From a bacterium (GTDB taxonomy: Bacteria > RBG-13-61-14 > DATKZS01): DNA of 64,000 bases. Location of the stretch: contig CAXXFL010000006.1 of NCBI GenBank assembly GCA_963674965.2, positions 768,001-832,000 of the forward strand. The letters run 5' to 3'. The notes below the pieces were generated by a model. That model was not told where the DNA came from. It worked only from the letters and a program-made list of their open reading frames with translations, and searched no databases. Shown here piece after piece: positions 1 to 10,868 of this stretch; the stretch's first letter is position 1, and each line of letters begins with the position of its first letter. The position numbers and the translations under genes were made by a program.

Positions 1-3000
1 CGCCGACGCTTATGGAAGAAAATCCGCAGACGGGATAATCCCATAATCTGGTCCCGTTTTCCGGGTTGATGGCATAAGCCGTCTCGGTAAGCTCGTTATC
101 CTGAAAAACTGCCTCAAGCTTGCCGTCACCGTCCAGATCGACCAAAGTCGGACTTGAGTTGATCGAATAGTCTCGATACCACCAACTGGTGCTTCCCTCG
201 AGGGGCAGAGGTGGGCCGAACAATTGGCCGTCGGCTGAAAAGGTCAGGAAGGAAATGGGATCGTCTTCAGACAGAATGGCTATCTCCAGGGAGCCGTCGC
301 CGTCAATATCGCCCACGGCGGGAGACATGCCTGAAAAGTAGCCTTTATATGGCGTGTTATCGGACGCGGTCCAGAGTTGGGTCCCGCTTGCGGCGTCGAG
401 CACTATCAATCCGCCTAAATTTCTATAATCGGTATCCGTGTAGCTCCTTTGAAAGATTACTTCCATAGAGCCGTCGCTCTCCAGATCGGCGATCACGGGA
501 GCGTTGTTGACGGCGCCGTACTCGACCAGAGTGGGATCGGCCGGGTCGATTCTCAAGTCGGGATAATAGCTCCACTTAATAGAGCCGTCAGCCTCGAAGG
601 CGTGGATTCCACCCGTATCGATATAGGTCCAGTAAGGCAGTCCGCTCCAATCGAGCGCGTAATCGAAGCCGACGACGACCTCGAGTTCATCGTCGCCGTC
701 AATGTCCGCGACGGCGGGACTGGAACTGCCGCCTATCGAGACGCTGTCTCCTGAAACAGCCTCGAGATAAGGATCGTAACCCGTCCAGATACGATTTCCG
801 AGCCGGTCGAAAACAACGGGGCCCTGGCCGGGATAATATGCCGTTTGAGGCCAGGTGTATCCGGCGAAGCCTCCACCCTGGAGGATTATCTCCAAAACCC
901 CGTCGCCGTTCAGGTCCGCCAACGCCGGGGAACTGAAAACGGGGCCAAGATCGTAGTCAACGTATCGCTCTACGCCGCAATCTCCGGGACCGGAGGCGGT
1001 GATCACGTAGAATCCGGGAGTGGAGGGGTCCGAGCAACCCACGACTATCTCTTTGATTCCATCGTCGTCCAGGTCGGCGACGGCGGGAGTCGAAAATGTC
1101 GTGACCAGCGACGCAACCGGATCGCCCTGGGTCGCGCTCCAGCTAACCTCGTCCTTGACCGTGAATATCCATAATTCGCCTTCGTCACCCGGATCGTTTC
1201 CCGAGTTCACGAATATTATCTCCGGTTTGCCGTCTCCGTCGAGGTCTTCTACCACGGGAGTAGACATGGGCTGGAATCCCCGTGGAAAACCTCCATCATC
1301 CTCATTTATGGTCCATAGCCGCGATGGTTGCAACAAGGCTGCCTGAAGCCCGCTGGTGGCGGTATTGGCCGCGTCATGACGGTACGACGGCCAAGTTTCA
1401 GAAGGAGACGATTCCACCGGGCCGACTCGAACGATCTGGAGGTTGATATCCGCGCCCGAAAGACCCAGGCCTGATGACGTTAACAGCCCGTTTCCGGTAA
1501 TTGGCTCGGCAATACTGTATATGTCCTTGTCCGTCCATATATCGAGCGACGCGGACGCGCCGCCGATGAATATTTCCCTGACGAGGGATTTTGCCGTCGT
1601 GGTCCGAGAATCGTAGGCAAAGGCGCGAAGCGTATAAGCGCCCTCGACAATACCCGAGGGGATGGCAAAGGCCGTCCTCTGCTCCACGCCGCCGCAACAA
1701 TCCACGCGCTCACCTACAAATGGATTGCCGCTCGCGATTACTTGGCCGGTGGAGTCGAAAAGAAACGCTTCAACGTCCACCAGGGCATGCACGCCTCCAT
1801 CATTGGAGACGATAAAGTCCACGCCGTCGCCGGGATAGTACTCGGCCGTGAGCGGCGAATCCAACTCTATACGGGGCGGGGGTACCGTAAAGAGCGTTTC
1901 ACCTGAATAGCTTTCCGAATTATCGAATTCAAATCGACAGGCGACCGCGTAAGTGCCCGGCTCCACTCCGTCGCGGATGGCGAAGCCGTAATCCCCGCCG
2001 GGATACTCCACGTCCGGCTCTACCTGAACGTCCGACCGCGTTCCCACGAAATCAGTCGGGTCCACGCCGCCCACCTCCAGGACTAAATCCGGTGAAAGCG
2101 AACCCACGAACCTTTTAGCCAGATACGTGAAGGAAAAAGAGATAGGGTCTCCCTCGTTATAGGAGTCCACAAGCCCCGTTACGCCGAATTCTCCCAAAAC
2201 CGACCTGGTGTATACGCGGCGGAGAAAGGAAGTCGAAACGTCTCCGTACTGAGGCGAAGCCGTTAAAACCAAGTCATGGCGGGCCTCGGCGAAATCTTCC
2301 GTCACGGGCAGGACATACCTGTTATCCACCGAATCTCCCGGGGATAGAATAATCGCCAAGGAGTCGGAAAAATCGAAATCGCCCGATAACGCGGGATCGT
2401 CCTCGATAAATAACTCGGCGTTCAGGGTTTGCCGGTAATGCCCACCCAGGATGGTCTTGACCGAGAAGTCAAGGTCCTCGCCGATCATGAGTTTGGTAAA
2501 ATCGACGTGATAGCCGTCGTTAAGGTTCAGCCCCACGGCTATAGTGGACTGGATTTCAACCTCGCCGTATCGAGTAACCTCGGGAAACTCGACCCGGTAG
2601 CGCAATAGGTATCCGCCCGTGAAAAGCCCCAGCGTTTTGCTCGACGCTAAACTGAAGGTGAAAGGGCTTCCCCAAAGGACGGAGTTCTCCAACTCCATGA
2701 ACTCGACCTGGGGAGTAAACATCGACACGGGAATAACCGAGCTTTCGCCCGCCAATATCTCGGGTAAGGAGACTGAGGCGGAATCCAAAACCTCGGCGGT
2801 TGAGCCGTTTCCGACCAGTTCGACCGTCACGGTCCCGGCCCCGGATGGAAGGGTCTCGTTAAAGAGGTTTTGAATTTTCACCGGAATAGCGTTTACGGCC
2901 TCCGGAACGAGCGGGGAAAGGAAAGCAACCGAAATCTTCGCGTCGTAGATTTCAACGTTAAAGTAGGACGAGTCCCGAGCAACGGCCTCACCGTCTATGA

Positions 3001-5509
3001 GAAGCTCGGCGGTGATCCAATACCTTCCCAACTCCGGGTCGGCTGGGAGATAAAAAGTATCCGAAAAGGCGAGGGAGTCGAGAGCGTCAATGGATACGGA
3101 GGATAGGACCTGATACACGGTATCGCCGCCCACGAGGCCGGCCCTGACCGACAGATCGGCCTCCAACCGACGATCGAGAAGATTGGCGGCGCTAAACCCG
3201 ATTTGAATCGGGTCCGTCACGTTATATACCTCCCGATCTGTACTCAGGTCTCTTATCTCCGCCACTTCGTCCATTCCATAGGGAAGGACCTCGAGATAGT
3301 TGTAATTCGCGCCCAGCGCCGTGTCGCCGCTGAAAAGCTCGGCCTTTATCACCCAGCGTCCGCTTGCCGAATCGTGAGGCAACGTGAATCCGTCCAATAA
3401 TACGGATGAAGTGAGGCCGTCGATCGTAACCGGCAAAGAAGTCTCGTATGCCGCCGCGCCGGGAGCGTCTAAGACCAGGGGAGGAAGTACCTTGACCCGC
3501 AGGTCCGAGGCATACGTCGTCTCGCGCCTGTTCTTACACTCGACCTCATAGCTTACGTAGTCATCGGGGTAATAAGACTCGTCCGCCGCCTCCACCCGCC
3601 TAATATAAGCGTCGAGGTCGAGACCGTCGCCGAGGTGGCCGTACACTATCCTGGTGACGCGGTCGCCCTTCCGGCGGCCGTCAAGCTTATAAACGTCCGC
3701 CATCAGCCGATAGCTGTACCAGCCCCTCCAGAAATACCAGCCGACCCGAGTGTATTGGTCAACGTAATCGAAGGACTCGCCGGGAGAAAGCTCGACCGCG
3801 CCCAAATCGTCCGTGCCTAAAAACGTCTTGGACAAATCGACGCGGACCGTTTCGCCGCCAAGGTTCTCGACGTGAATGTAGAAGTCCAGCGGCCCCAGCG
3901 ACTGGGGAAAATTGGTGCTCTGGGCCAGGGTCACGACGATATCGTCCGGCCCGGCCACCAGGTCCTCGGGTATCACGGTGACCGCGAAGCGACCGGTCAT
4001 TTCCTCGAAAACGCCGCCGATGGCCGTGCCGTCCGCCGCGAACAACCGGACCATAGCGTGCCAGACGCCGAGATTGAAAGGCAACTCGGGCAGCTCGAGA
4101 GTAACCCCGGCCGTGTCTCCGGGAGAAAGATCGACGGAGACGGTCTCGCCTAGAAGGACCGTCCCCCGGTCCGGGTCCATTATCTCCACCCTGGCGAAAG
4201 CCGCTGCGGCGTTTCCAAAACCAATGGGATATTCAACCGCCATCTCGACCGAGGCCGTCGTGTCGCCTGGCTCGAAGCGGGGAAGGATGGCCGGAGAAAG
4301 CGCCCAGGTAATCGTGTCCCGGACGTAATTGCGCTCGTCCTCGGCGATCTGTCCCGTCCCATAAGCGTAATCGGGATACATGTGAGTAGCGATAACATGG
4401 CCCGCGCCCCAGGGATACTCGATTATCGCCCCCGCGTCGTTCTTCCGGCGCGTAAGGATTTTAATGGAACCCTCGGGTGCGCTAACGAAGAACCCGTCGG
4501 TATGAACGTCGGACTTCGCGCTTGCCTCGCTGGATATCGCGGGATGATAGGCGGAGGGACGGGCGCCGCCGCGATAGCAAAGAACGTCCTGAGTATAACC
4601 GAAGGCCTCGGGAGAACCGGGGACGATGGACCAGTCATCCCCGGTGGCCTGTGAGAAAACAACGGCGACGCCGCCAGCCGAGACGTACTCGTCCAGATTG
4701 GAGATGAAAGACGCGGAATTGACGTAAGGCGAAAGCGACGCCGAGGGGATGACGAGGACCCTGACGCCCTCGGAAACGTACAGATCGGGTCCCAGGTCCG
4801 TGAAGGGATCGACGCTCCGGGAGGCGACGTTGATCGAGTCGAGAAAGGACGCGGCGTACTCCTCGAAAAGAGGGGCGCCCAATACTCCGACTCGAGCTCG
4901 CGGGTCGTCGCCGGAAAGGCGGCCGGGTATGTCCGTCGAGAGTATCTCGTTGTCGTCCGGTTTGGCCCACTCGCAACCGGGAATCTCGCGGCTGTCGCTT
5001 CCCGAACTGAAGCCGCAACCGCCGACAGAGCAACTGCAGGATTCCCAGTTCCAGTAAATAACGCAGTTTTCATAATCGACGCTTAAATTGTGGAAACCCG
5101 CCGGCTCGACCGGTATTTCGATAATGTCCTCGTAATTGGCCAGAGGCTCGGCGGCGGCCGTTTTGATGTAAACCTTGGGATTTTTAAACGACTCGCATGA
5201 CTCGCGGTCCTCGATCTCTCCGAGGTTCAAAGGAGTGATGGTTAAAATAACCGTTTCGCCCGATAAAAAATCGCCGCCGGGCAAAGGCTGGAAGCTTATG
5301 CCCGTGACGATATCCGAGGGGTTTTCCTCGAGGCGGAAAACGTCGATAGCGTTCCCGTGAATGGTTACCTCGCCCTTGTTTTCGATCGGTACTTTGAAAA
5401 TACCGCCGGCGGAAGGGGCCTTGAATCCTTCCTCGGCAAGGGAAGCTCGGCATGAAAGAAGAATGTAAATTAATGTGGCGATTACTCTGACTTTGTTTTG
5501 CGGAAACAT
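1..5509 (-). CDS. Giant secreted protein A (>1830 aa, runs off the left edge): short N-terminal domain, GATase-like/ThuA-like domain, Ig-like repeats, FG-GAP repeats
   Basis: ATG at 5509 with AGGAGG RBS, near-identical to the 366-aa ORF starts at 10840 and 14514. The same frame reads sensibly at the window edge (LWDYPVCGFSSISVG). FG-GAP-type motifs (e.g. PAVADLDDDGIKEIVVG). Clear paralogy to the 3315-aa ORF (VIATHMYPDYAY vs VIATDMYPDYSY). Absent from the ORF track, consistent with no stop inside the window; I did not check every codon. Confidence 0.85.
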   Translation of the reverse strand, partial: MFPQNKVRVIATLIYILLSCRASLAEEGFKAPSAGGIFKVPIENKGEVTIHGNAIDVFRLEENPSDIVTGISFQPLPGGDFLSGETVILTITPLNLGEIEDRESCESFKNPKVYIKTAAAEPLANYEDIIEIPVEPAGFHNLSVDYENCVIYWNWESCSCSVGGCGFSSGSDSREIPGCEWAKPDDNEILSTDIPGRLSGDDPRARVGVLGAPLFEEYAASFLDSINVASRSVDPFTDLGPDLYVSEGVRVLVIPSASLSPYVNSASFISNLDEYVSAGGVAVVFSQATGDDWSIVPGSPEAFGYTQDVLCYRGGARPSAYHPAISSEASAKSDVHTDGFFVSAPEGSIKILTRRKNDAGAIIEYPWGAGHVIATHMYPDYAYGTGQIAEDERNYVRDTITWALSPAILPRFEPGDTTASVEMAVEYPIGFGNAAAAFARVEIMDPDRGTVLLGETVSVDLSPGDTAGVTLELPELPFNLGVWHAMVRLFAADGTAIGGVFEEMTGRFAVTVIPEDLVAGPDDIVVTLAQSTNFPQSLGPLDFYIHVENLGGETVRVDLSKTFLGTDDLGAVELSPGESFDYVDQYTRVGWYFWRGWYSYRLMADVYKLDGRRKGDRVTRIVYGHLGDGLDLDAYIRRVEAADESYYPDDYVSYEVECKNRRETTYASDLRVKVLPPLVLDAPGAAAYETSLPVTIDGLTSSVLLDGFTLPHDSASGRWVIKAELFSGDTALGANYNYLEVLPYGMDEVAEIRDLSTDREVYNVTDPIQIGFSAANLLDRRLEADLSVRAGLVGGDTVYQVLSSVSIDALDSLAFSDTFYLPADPELGRYWITAELLIDGEAVARDSSYFNVEIYDAKISVAFLSPLVPEAVNAIPVKIQNLFNETLPSGAGTVTVELVGNGSTAEVLDSASVSLPEILAGESSVIPVSMFTPQVEFMELENSVLWGSPFTFSLASSKTLGLFTGGYLLRYRVEFPEVTRYGEVEIQSTIAVGLNLNDGYHVDFTKLMIGEDLDFSVKTILGGHYRQTLNAELFIEDDPALSGDFDFSDSLAIILSPGDSVDNRYVLPVTEDFAEARHDLVLTASPQYGDVSTSFLRRVYTRSVLGEFGVTGLVDSYNEGDPISFSFTYLAKRFVGSLSPDLVLEVGGVDPTDFVGTRSDVQVEPDVEYPGGDYGFAIRDGVEPGTYAVACRFEFDNSESYSGETLFTVPPPRIELDSPLTAEYYPGDGVDFIVSNDGGVHALVDVEAFLFDSTGQVIASGNPFVGERVDCCGGVEQRTAFAIPSGIVEGAYTLRAFAYDSRTTTAKSLVREIFIGGASASLDIWTDKDIYSIAEPITGNGLLTSSGLGLSGADINLQIVRVGPVESSPSETWPSYRHDAANTATSGLQAALLQPSRLWTINEDDGGFPRGFQPMSTPVVEDLDGDGKPEIIFVNSGNDPGDEGELWIFTVKDEVSWSATQGDPVASLVTTFSTPAVADLDDDGIKEIVVGCSDPSTPGFYVITASGPGDCGVERYVDYDLGPVFSSPALADLNGDGVLEIILQGGGFAGYTWPQTAYYPGQGPVVFDRLGNRIWTGYDPYLEAVSGDSVSIGGSSSPAVADIDGDDELEVVVGFDYALDWSGLPYWTYIDTGGIHAFEADGSIKWSYYPDLRIDPADPTLVEYGAVNNAPVIADLESDGSMEVIFQRSYTDTDYRNLGGLIVLDAASGTQLWTASDNTPYKGYFSGMSPAVGDIDGDGSLEIAILSEDDPISFLTFSADGQLFGPPLPLEGSTSWWYRDYSINSSPTLVDLDGDGKLEAVFQDNELTETAYAINPENGTRLWDYPVCGFSSISVG

Positions 5510-5569
5510 GATAGCCTCCTAATGCAAGGACGGTTAGTTATTTTAGTTCAGGGATATCAATATAACCAG

Positions 5570-6373
5570 TTATCTTGGATAAGTCTCCGTGCGTATATAG
5601 TTAATTAACTCATTTTTTAATTCTTGATCGTGAACGTGTGTCTCAATTAATTCGAGACAATCCGATTTGTTTTGTTCTTTTTGATTGTGGTTATTACGAA
5701 AACAGTTAGAAACAAATTCCTCAATGAAATTAAGTCGACTACTTAAAATAGCATTTTGTTCATTAACATATTTATATCTTTCAATATCTGTAACAAAGCA
5801 CATTATATTTTGATCTCTAACTGGATAATCACATAAAGGATATTTCTCAGATGATATTTCATTTGACTCCTTTTGATTTACTATTGTAAGTAATAATATT
5901 TGAAGAAGGCAATTAGACGATTCTCGCTCTGCCTCTGGCATATATGTACTTTCCACGCCAAATTTATAGTTGTATGCATGTTTTTTTATTTTCCATAACG
6001 ATAATTCCGACTCTCTATCTAAATGACACTCAAGAGCATTGTCGGCCAAGAATATTACTTCGTCCGCAGCATTATTTATATCTTGGAAATCTTTTTTCAT
6101 TATACTCTCTTTGAAAATGCCGTGCAATTTGGTACTTTTATTAAAAGCAGCTTTTAAATACATATTACCTAATTTAGAAGGATCATCCATTTTATTTGCA
6201 ATATCAATACACTCTTTAAAATGGGCGCCATAGTATTCTCGATTGTCCTCCAAGCAATTTTTGAAATCAATATTTATATCCGGCTTAACTGAAATATCCT
6301 TTTCACTTTCACATCCCCAAAATGATATTGCGGATAAAAGGCACAAGACCGAAATTGAAATAATCCTATACAT
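5570..6373 (-). CDS. Cys-rich lipoprotein B1 (candidate immunity/partner protein), C-terminus frameshifted
   Basis: 267-aa ORF with hydrophobic leader and lipobox-like FWGC; AT-rich; paralog of 10869-11708 and 14543-15385. Confidence 0.75.
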   Translation of the reverse strand: MYRIISISVLCLLSAISFWGCESEKDISVKPDINIDFKNCLEDNREYYGAHFKECIDIANKMDDPSKLGNMYLKAAFNKSTKLHGIFKESIMKKDFQDINNAADEVIFLADNALECHLDRESELSLWKIKKHAYNYKFGVESTYMPEAERESSNCLLQILLLTIVNQKESNEISSEKYPLCDYPVRDQNIMCFVTDIERYKYVNEQNAILSSRLNFIEEFVSNCFRNNHNQKEQNKSDCLELIETHVHDQELKNELINYIRTETYPR

Positions 6374-7339
6374 AGTTTTCTCCTCATAATTAAAAGTAAT
6401 AAATCAATTTGGTAATTGAATATTTGGTTCCATCACCCAGGGCCCCCTTTGTGAAGTCGTGGTGTAATATAAAGAATTCCCATTATCCGCGCAAGGATTG
6501 GCTGGGCCATCTGGATTGCCTGGGGAATCGTTTTCACTTAACTTATCAATAACTCGCCTTGCGTTGGCTGTTTTATTGGGATAGAAAATTGCACAAAAAC
6601 CCGAGTTGCCCAGTTCATTCCAGACGGGATTTACTGCATTTTTATCTTTTGTCCATTCGATTCTAATGCTAACTGGAAACTTGAAAGGCGCTCTAACACC
6701 ATTCATTAATTCCTTAGGCCACAGATTAGTAACAGCTTTATCTCTATAAAAATTTTGATTGGGATAGTTATAAATAATTATAGTCCCCAAACTGGAACCC
6801 GATAAAGGAATGCAGAATGTTTCTCCTTTGGGCCAAACCCAATTTATACAGTAATTCTCCCCTAAAGAATTCCCATAATTAAAGTTTTCACGCAAACCAA
6901 TTTTTTTAAAACAAGCTTGAGTCGGCTCTATATCGAGATAAAAACCAGCGTCAACCCCAATGGATTTACCAGTAAGAAAATTACCCTGCTGGCCATATTG
7001 ACCTATGTATGAACAATATGTTTGATCCTGTTCACCAGACGCGCATTCCATATCAGCCGGCTTAAATTTTCTCGGTACCATTACTTTTGGCTCAGATACC
7101 TTAAAATGGTACTCTCTTTTAAATTTATACAAGCCATTTTCAGTATCGAAATCAAAATAATTTGTCACAATATCTTCGACGTCGGGATTATATGACACTT
7201 TATATATTGGTTTTATATCATTTATTTCATCATAAGTCGTCTCTCCGCTTACAAAACCTCCAGCGGCTGGATTTGAATGTTTCCAAAAAGAACGCCCAGC
7301 GGAATGTGTCAAGCAAAATGAGACACGCCTTTCCTGAAT

Positions 7340-8356
7340 TTAGTGTGGCAAACTGTTTATTTCCTCCGGTTTCGCCGGTGGGTTGATCCACGCTTTGCCG
7401 GGCAACTCCGGCGCCGTCGGCGGTCTTTTCACGAAGCGCTCCGGTTTTTTTTCATAGGCGTGGTCGAGCGTTTTTTGCCTGGCGGCCACGATCTCGCTCG
7501 CCATTCCGTAATGGACCATCTCGGGCGTCATCAGGCCGATCCCGGTGTGCCGATGCTCGCGGTTGTACCAATCGAAAAACTTCACGCAAAAGGCCCTGGC
7601 GTCCTCGATGGAGCCGAACCGGCTCGGGAACTCGGGCCGGTACTTCATGGTCTTGAACTGGCTTTCCGAGTAGGGGTTGTCGTCGGACACGTGGGGCCGC
7701 GAGTGGCTCTTGGTCACGCCCAGGTCGGCCATCAAGAAGGCCACCGGCTTTGATTTCATCGAACTCCCCCGGTCGGCGTGGATGGTGAGTTGTCCCGGCT
7801 CGATCCCCTGTTTTCGGATGCTGTCCCCGATCAGGCGGCGGGCCAGCTCCGCGCTCTCGCGTCCGGCGATCATCCATCCCACCACGCAGCGGCTGAAGAT
7901 GTCCATGATCACGTAGAGTTGGTAGCAGGTCCATTTGGCCGGTCCCTTGAGCTTGGTGACGTCCCAGGACCAGACCTGGTTGGGGGCCTCGGCCAGCAAC
8001 TCGGGTTTTTTGTATCGGGGACGCCGAAGCTGGTTGCGCCGCTCCCGGACTTCCTTTTCCGAGTCGAGGACGCGGTACATGGTGCGGACCGAGCACAGCC
8101 ATGTCCCCTCGTCCAGGAGCGTTGCCCAGACCTCGCGGGGGGCCTTGTCGGCAAAGCGCTCGGAGTGGAGTTCGTCCAGCACCCGGCGCCGCTCGTCCTC
8201 GCTCAACGACCTTGCCGGCTTGGCCGCGCGCCTCGGCGGCGGAGGCCCGAAGGGAATTTTAGCGCAACGATTAAACGTTGCTCGCGACAGGCCCAGGGCC
8301 TCGCAGGCGGCCTTGGCGCCGACCCGGGGAGCGGCCGTGCTTGCCGATTCCATCAT
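7340..8356 (-). CDS. IS3-family transposase OrfB (rve/DDE integrase core)
   Basis: Motifs PNQVWSWDVT, IMDIFSR, IHADRGS, DNPYSESQFKTMK. Confidence 0.92.
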   Translation of the reverse strand: MMESASTAAPRVGAKAACEALGLSRATFNRCAKIPFGPPPPRRAAKPARSLSEDERRRVLDELHSERFADKAPREVWATLLDEGTWLCSVRTMYRVLDSEKEVRERRNQLRRPRYKKPELLAEAPNQVWSWDVTKLKGPAKWTCYQLYVIMDIFSRCVVGWMIAGRESAELARRLIGDSIRKQGIEPGQLTIHADRGSSMKSKPVAFLMADLGVTKSHSRPHVSDDNPYSESQFKTMKYRPEFPSRFGSIEDARAFCVKFFDWYNREHRHTGIGLMTPEMVHYGMASEIVAARQKTLDHAYEKKPERFVKRPPTAPELPGKAWINPPAKPEEINSLPH

Positions 8357-8892
8357 TCGCTCTCTTCGCCGGGCGGCTTGGCCAGGGGTATCCCCAGCAG
8401 ATCGGCAACTTTTTTTTGGAAGTCGATTATCATCTCGGCCTGTTCGAGCCGCTTTTGGAGCTTCCCGTTCTCGCGCTCGAGGCGGGCCACTTCATCGGCC
8501 AGCGGGTTTTTGGCCTTGGGCTTGCGGCCCCGCTTTACGGGCGAAAGCGCTTTCAAGGCCCCCTCGTCCCGCTGCTTGCGCCAGGCCGTCAGGTGCGACG
8601 AATAAAGGCCCTCCCGGCGCAGCAGGGCGCCGACCTCGCCATGCCCCGAGCAGGCGTCGGCCTTCCCGAGGATTGCGAGCTTGTAAGCCGCGGTGAAGCG
8701 CCGCCGGGCGGGCTTTTCCGGGACCTCCGGCTCGGGAAGAATGATCGGCGCCCCCACCCGCTCGGGCCGCTTGGCAGGAGTGTCCTCCGGCTCGGCCGTC
8801 CCGGTTGGGGAGACTCCGGTCGCCCTACGGGCTCCCTCCGTCTCCCCAACAATCCCTGCCTTCTTCCTGTCTTCATCCATCTCTCTATACAT
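8353..8892 (-). CDS. IS3-family transposase OrfA (HTH plus coiled coil)
   Basis: RRRFTAAYKLAIL...LLRREGLYSSHLTAWRKQ; ATGA overlap with OrfB. Confidence 0.88.
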   Translation of the reverse strand: MYREMDEDRKKAGIVGETEGARRATGVSPTGTAEPEDTPAKRPERVGAPIILPEPEVPEKPARRRFTAAYKLAILGKADACSGHGEVGALLRREGLYSSHLTAWRKQRDEGALKALSPVKRGRKPKAKNPLADEVARLERENGKLQKRLEQAEMIIDFQKKVADLLGIPLAKPPGEESE

Positions 8893-9679
8893 CCTAATAC
8901 CTCCCCCGCCCTACAGTAATTTAACATAGGGGAAGTGTCTCATCTACGTTGGCACAGAGGGCAGTTTCAAATGCTGTAGCAGACTTCTGGAATCTAAAGA
9001 ATGTAATTTGTTCACCAACGCCAAAGATATTTTTACAATGCTGATTTGTGCCCTCATGTAAGCAATCTACTTTTCTCACGTTTGCTTCACATTCATCTGA
9101 TACTTTTAAAGAGTATGCTTCGGTTGGAATGGATTTACTGGTGGGGTCAGGAAAAACAGAGCCCTGCGCCAGGAAAATTACTTTGCCATCCGTTGTATGG
9201 AACTTGGGGGTAATAGAGAACTCACCAAATACCGCGGTCCTGAAAGTAGCCCTTCCGGGATTGACGCTGTCTACAATAAGCTGGTTTTCAGGATAATCAG
9301 GCGTGACTTCGAACGAATAATGCCCCGGCGTGTCAGGAGGATGGATTGCGACTACGATATCCATGTAATTCTTCACAAGCACGGGTTCGCCCGGAATGTC
9401 ATCCTCGGCGTCTCGAATACTGGAAGCGACGGGACCGCTTGTATGCGCGGCAACGGAAACGTTAAAATCGGGGTCCCAAACATTGACATAATAAGGCGTG
9501 ATTTTCGGCTCGATCAGTTCAAGCCAAATGGCCTCGCGCTCCAGCGGCTCCTCCCTTGTTATCTCGATTCCGTAAGCTATTGTAATCATAAAAGTAAACA
9601 ATATCACAACCACGATTATAAGTGGCTTTACTCTGCCGGCCATCTATCAATACCCCCTTGATCTCCATAGATTCGGCTG

Positions 9680-9696
9680 ATCGGATATTATCCGAT
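9680..9696. promoter_or_regulatory. Palindromic operator-like site
   Basis: Perfect ATCGGATA-T-TATCCGAT between the promoter and the RBS; repeated at 13354-13370. Confidence 0.45.
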
Positions 9697-9714
9697 TTTC
9701 CCCTGATCCATCAG

Positions 9715-9743
9715 TACATAACATTTGCGTATCAATGTGTCAA
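9715..9743 (-). promoter_or_regulatory. Putative sigma70 promoter for C1
   Basis: Minus strand TTGACA-17 nt-TATGTA, about 70 bp upstream of the C start; the -10 match is weak. Confidence 0.45.
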
Positions 9744-10840
9744 GAAATTATTCCCATGCGGCAAAATTGCCGGCAAATTCGAGGCCCCCAGAAAACCGGC
9801 CCCCTTGATCGGTTAACGAAGAACCCGTCGGTATGAACGTCGGACTTCGCGCTTGCCTCGCTGGATATCAAGGGATGATAGGCGGAGGGACGGGCGCCGC
9901 CGCGATAGCAAAGAACGTCCTGAGTATAACCGAATGCCTCGGGAGAACCGGGGACGATGGACCAGTCATCCCCGGTGGCCTGTGAGAAAACAACGGCGAC
10001 GCCGCCAGCCGAGACGTACTCGTCCAGATTGGAGATGAAAGACGCGGAATTTACGTAAGGCGAAAGCGACGCCGAGGGGATGACGAGGACCCTGACGCCC
10101 TCGGAAACGTACAGATCGGGTCCCAGGTCCGTGAAGGGATCGACGCTCCGGGAGGCGACGTTGATCGAGTCGAGAAAGGACGCGGCGTACTCCTCGAAAA
10201 GAGGGGCCCCCAATACTCCGACTCGAGCTCGCGGGTCGTCGCCGGAAAGGCGGCCGGGTATGTCCGTCGAGAGTATCTCGTTGTCGTCCGGTTTGGCCCA
10301 CTCGCAACCGGGAATCTCGCGGCTGTCGCTTCCAGAACTGAAGCCGCAACCGCCGACCGAGCAGCTGCAGGATTCCCAGTTCCAGTAAATAACGCAGTTT
10401 TCGTAATCGACGCTTAAATTGTGGAAACCCGCCGGCTCGACCGGTATTTCGATAATGTCCTCGTAATTGGCCAGAGGCTCGGCGGCGGCCGTTTTGATGT
10501 AAACCTTGGGATTTTTAAACGCCTCGCATGCCTCGCGGTCCTCGATCTCTCCGAGGTTCAAAGGAGTGATGGTTAAAATAACCGTTTCGCCCGATAATAA
10601 ATCGCCGCCGGGCAAAGGCTGGAAGCTTAAGCCCGTGACGATATCCGAGGGGTTTTCCTCGAGGCGGAAAACGTCGATAGCGTTCCCGTGAATGGTTACC
10701 TCGCCCTTGTTTTCGATCGGTACTTTGAAAATACCGCCGGCGGAAGGGGCCTTGAATCCTTCCTCGGCAAGGGTAGCGCGGCACGAAAGAAGAATGAAAA
10801 TTAAAGTGGAGAGTACTCTGACTTTGTTTTGCGGAAACAT
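9740..10840 (-). pseudogene. 5' fragment of giant gene A (cassette A', about 342 homologous codons)
   Basis: Near-identical to 4483-5509. Homology stops after HTDGFFV (~9814), then the frame reads into the C promoter region. Confidence 0.85.
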
Positions 10841-10868
10841 GATAGCCTCCTAATGCAAGGACGGTTGG

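Larger units (their letters stand above)
7300..8961 (-). mobile_element. IS3-family-like insertion sequence, complete copy (1662 bp)
   Basis: Imperfect IRs TGTG(T/C)CAA..ATGAGACAC at 7305 and 8956; 3-bp CAG duplication at 7297-7299 and 8962-8964; two overlapping transposase ORFs. Confidence 0.9.
6404..9643 (-). pseudogene. Secreted Cys-rich protein C1, interrupted by an IS3-like element
   Basis: ORFs 8921-9643 and 6404-7312 match the N- and C-halves of intact C2 (11740-13317). Removing 7300-8961 plus one CAG restores a 524-aa frame. Confidence 0.9.

Noticed and set aside
211-5453. Numerous short plus-strand and alternate-frame ORFs (also inside the IS elements and giant genes)
   Set aside because: Shadow ORFs of GC-rich coding sequence on the minus strand, with no recognisable motifs.
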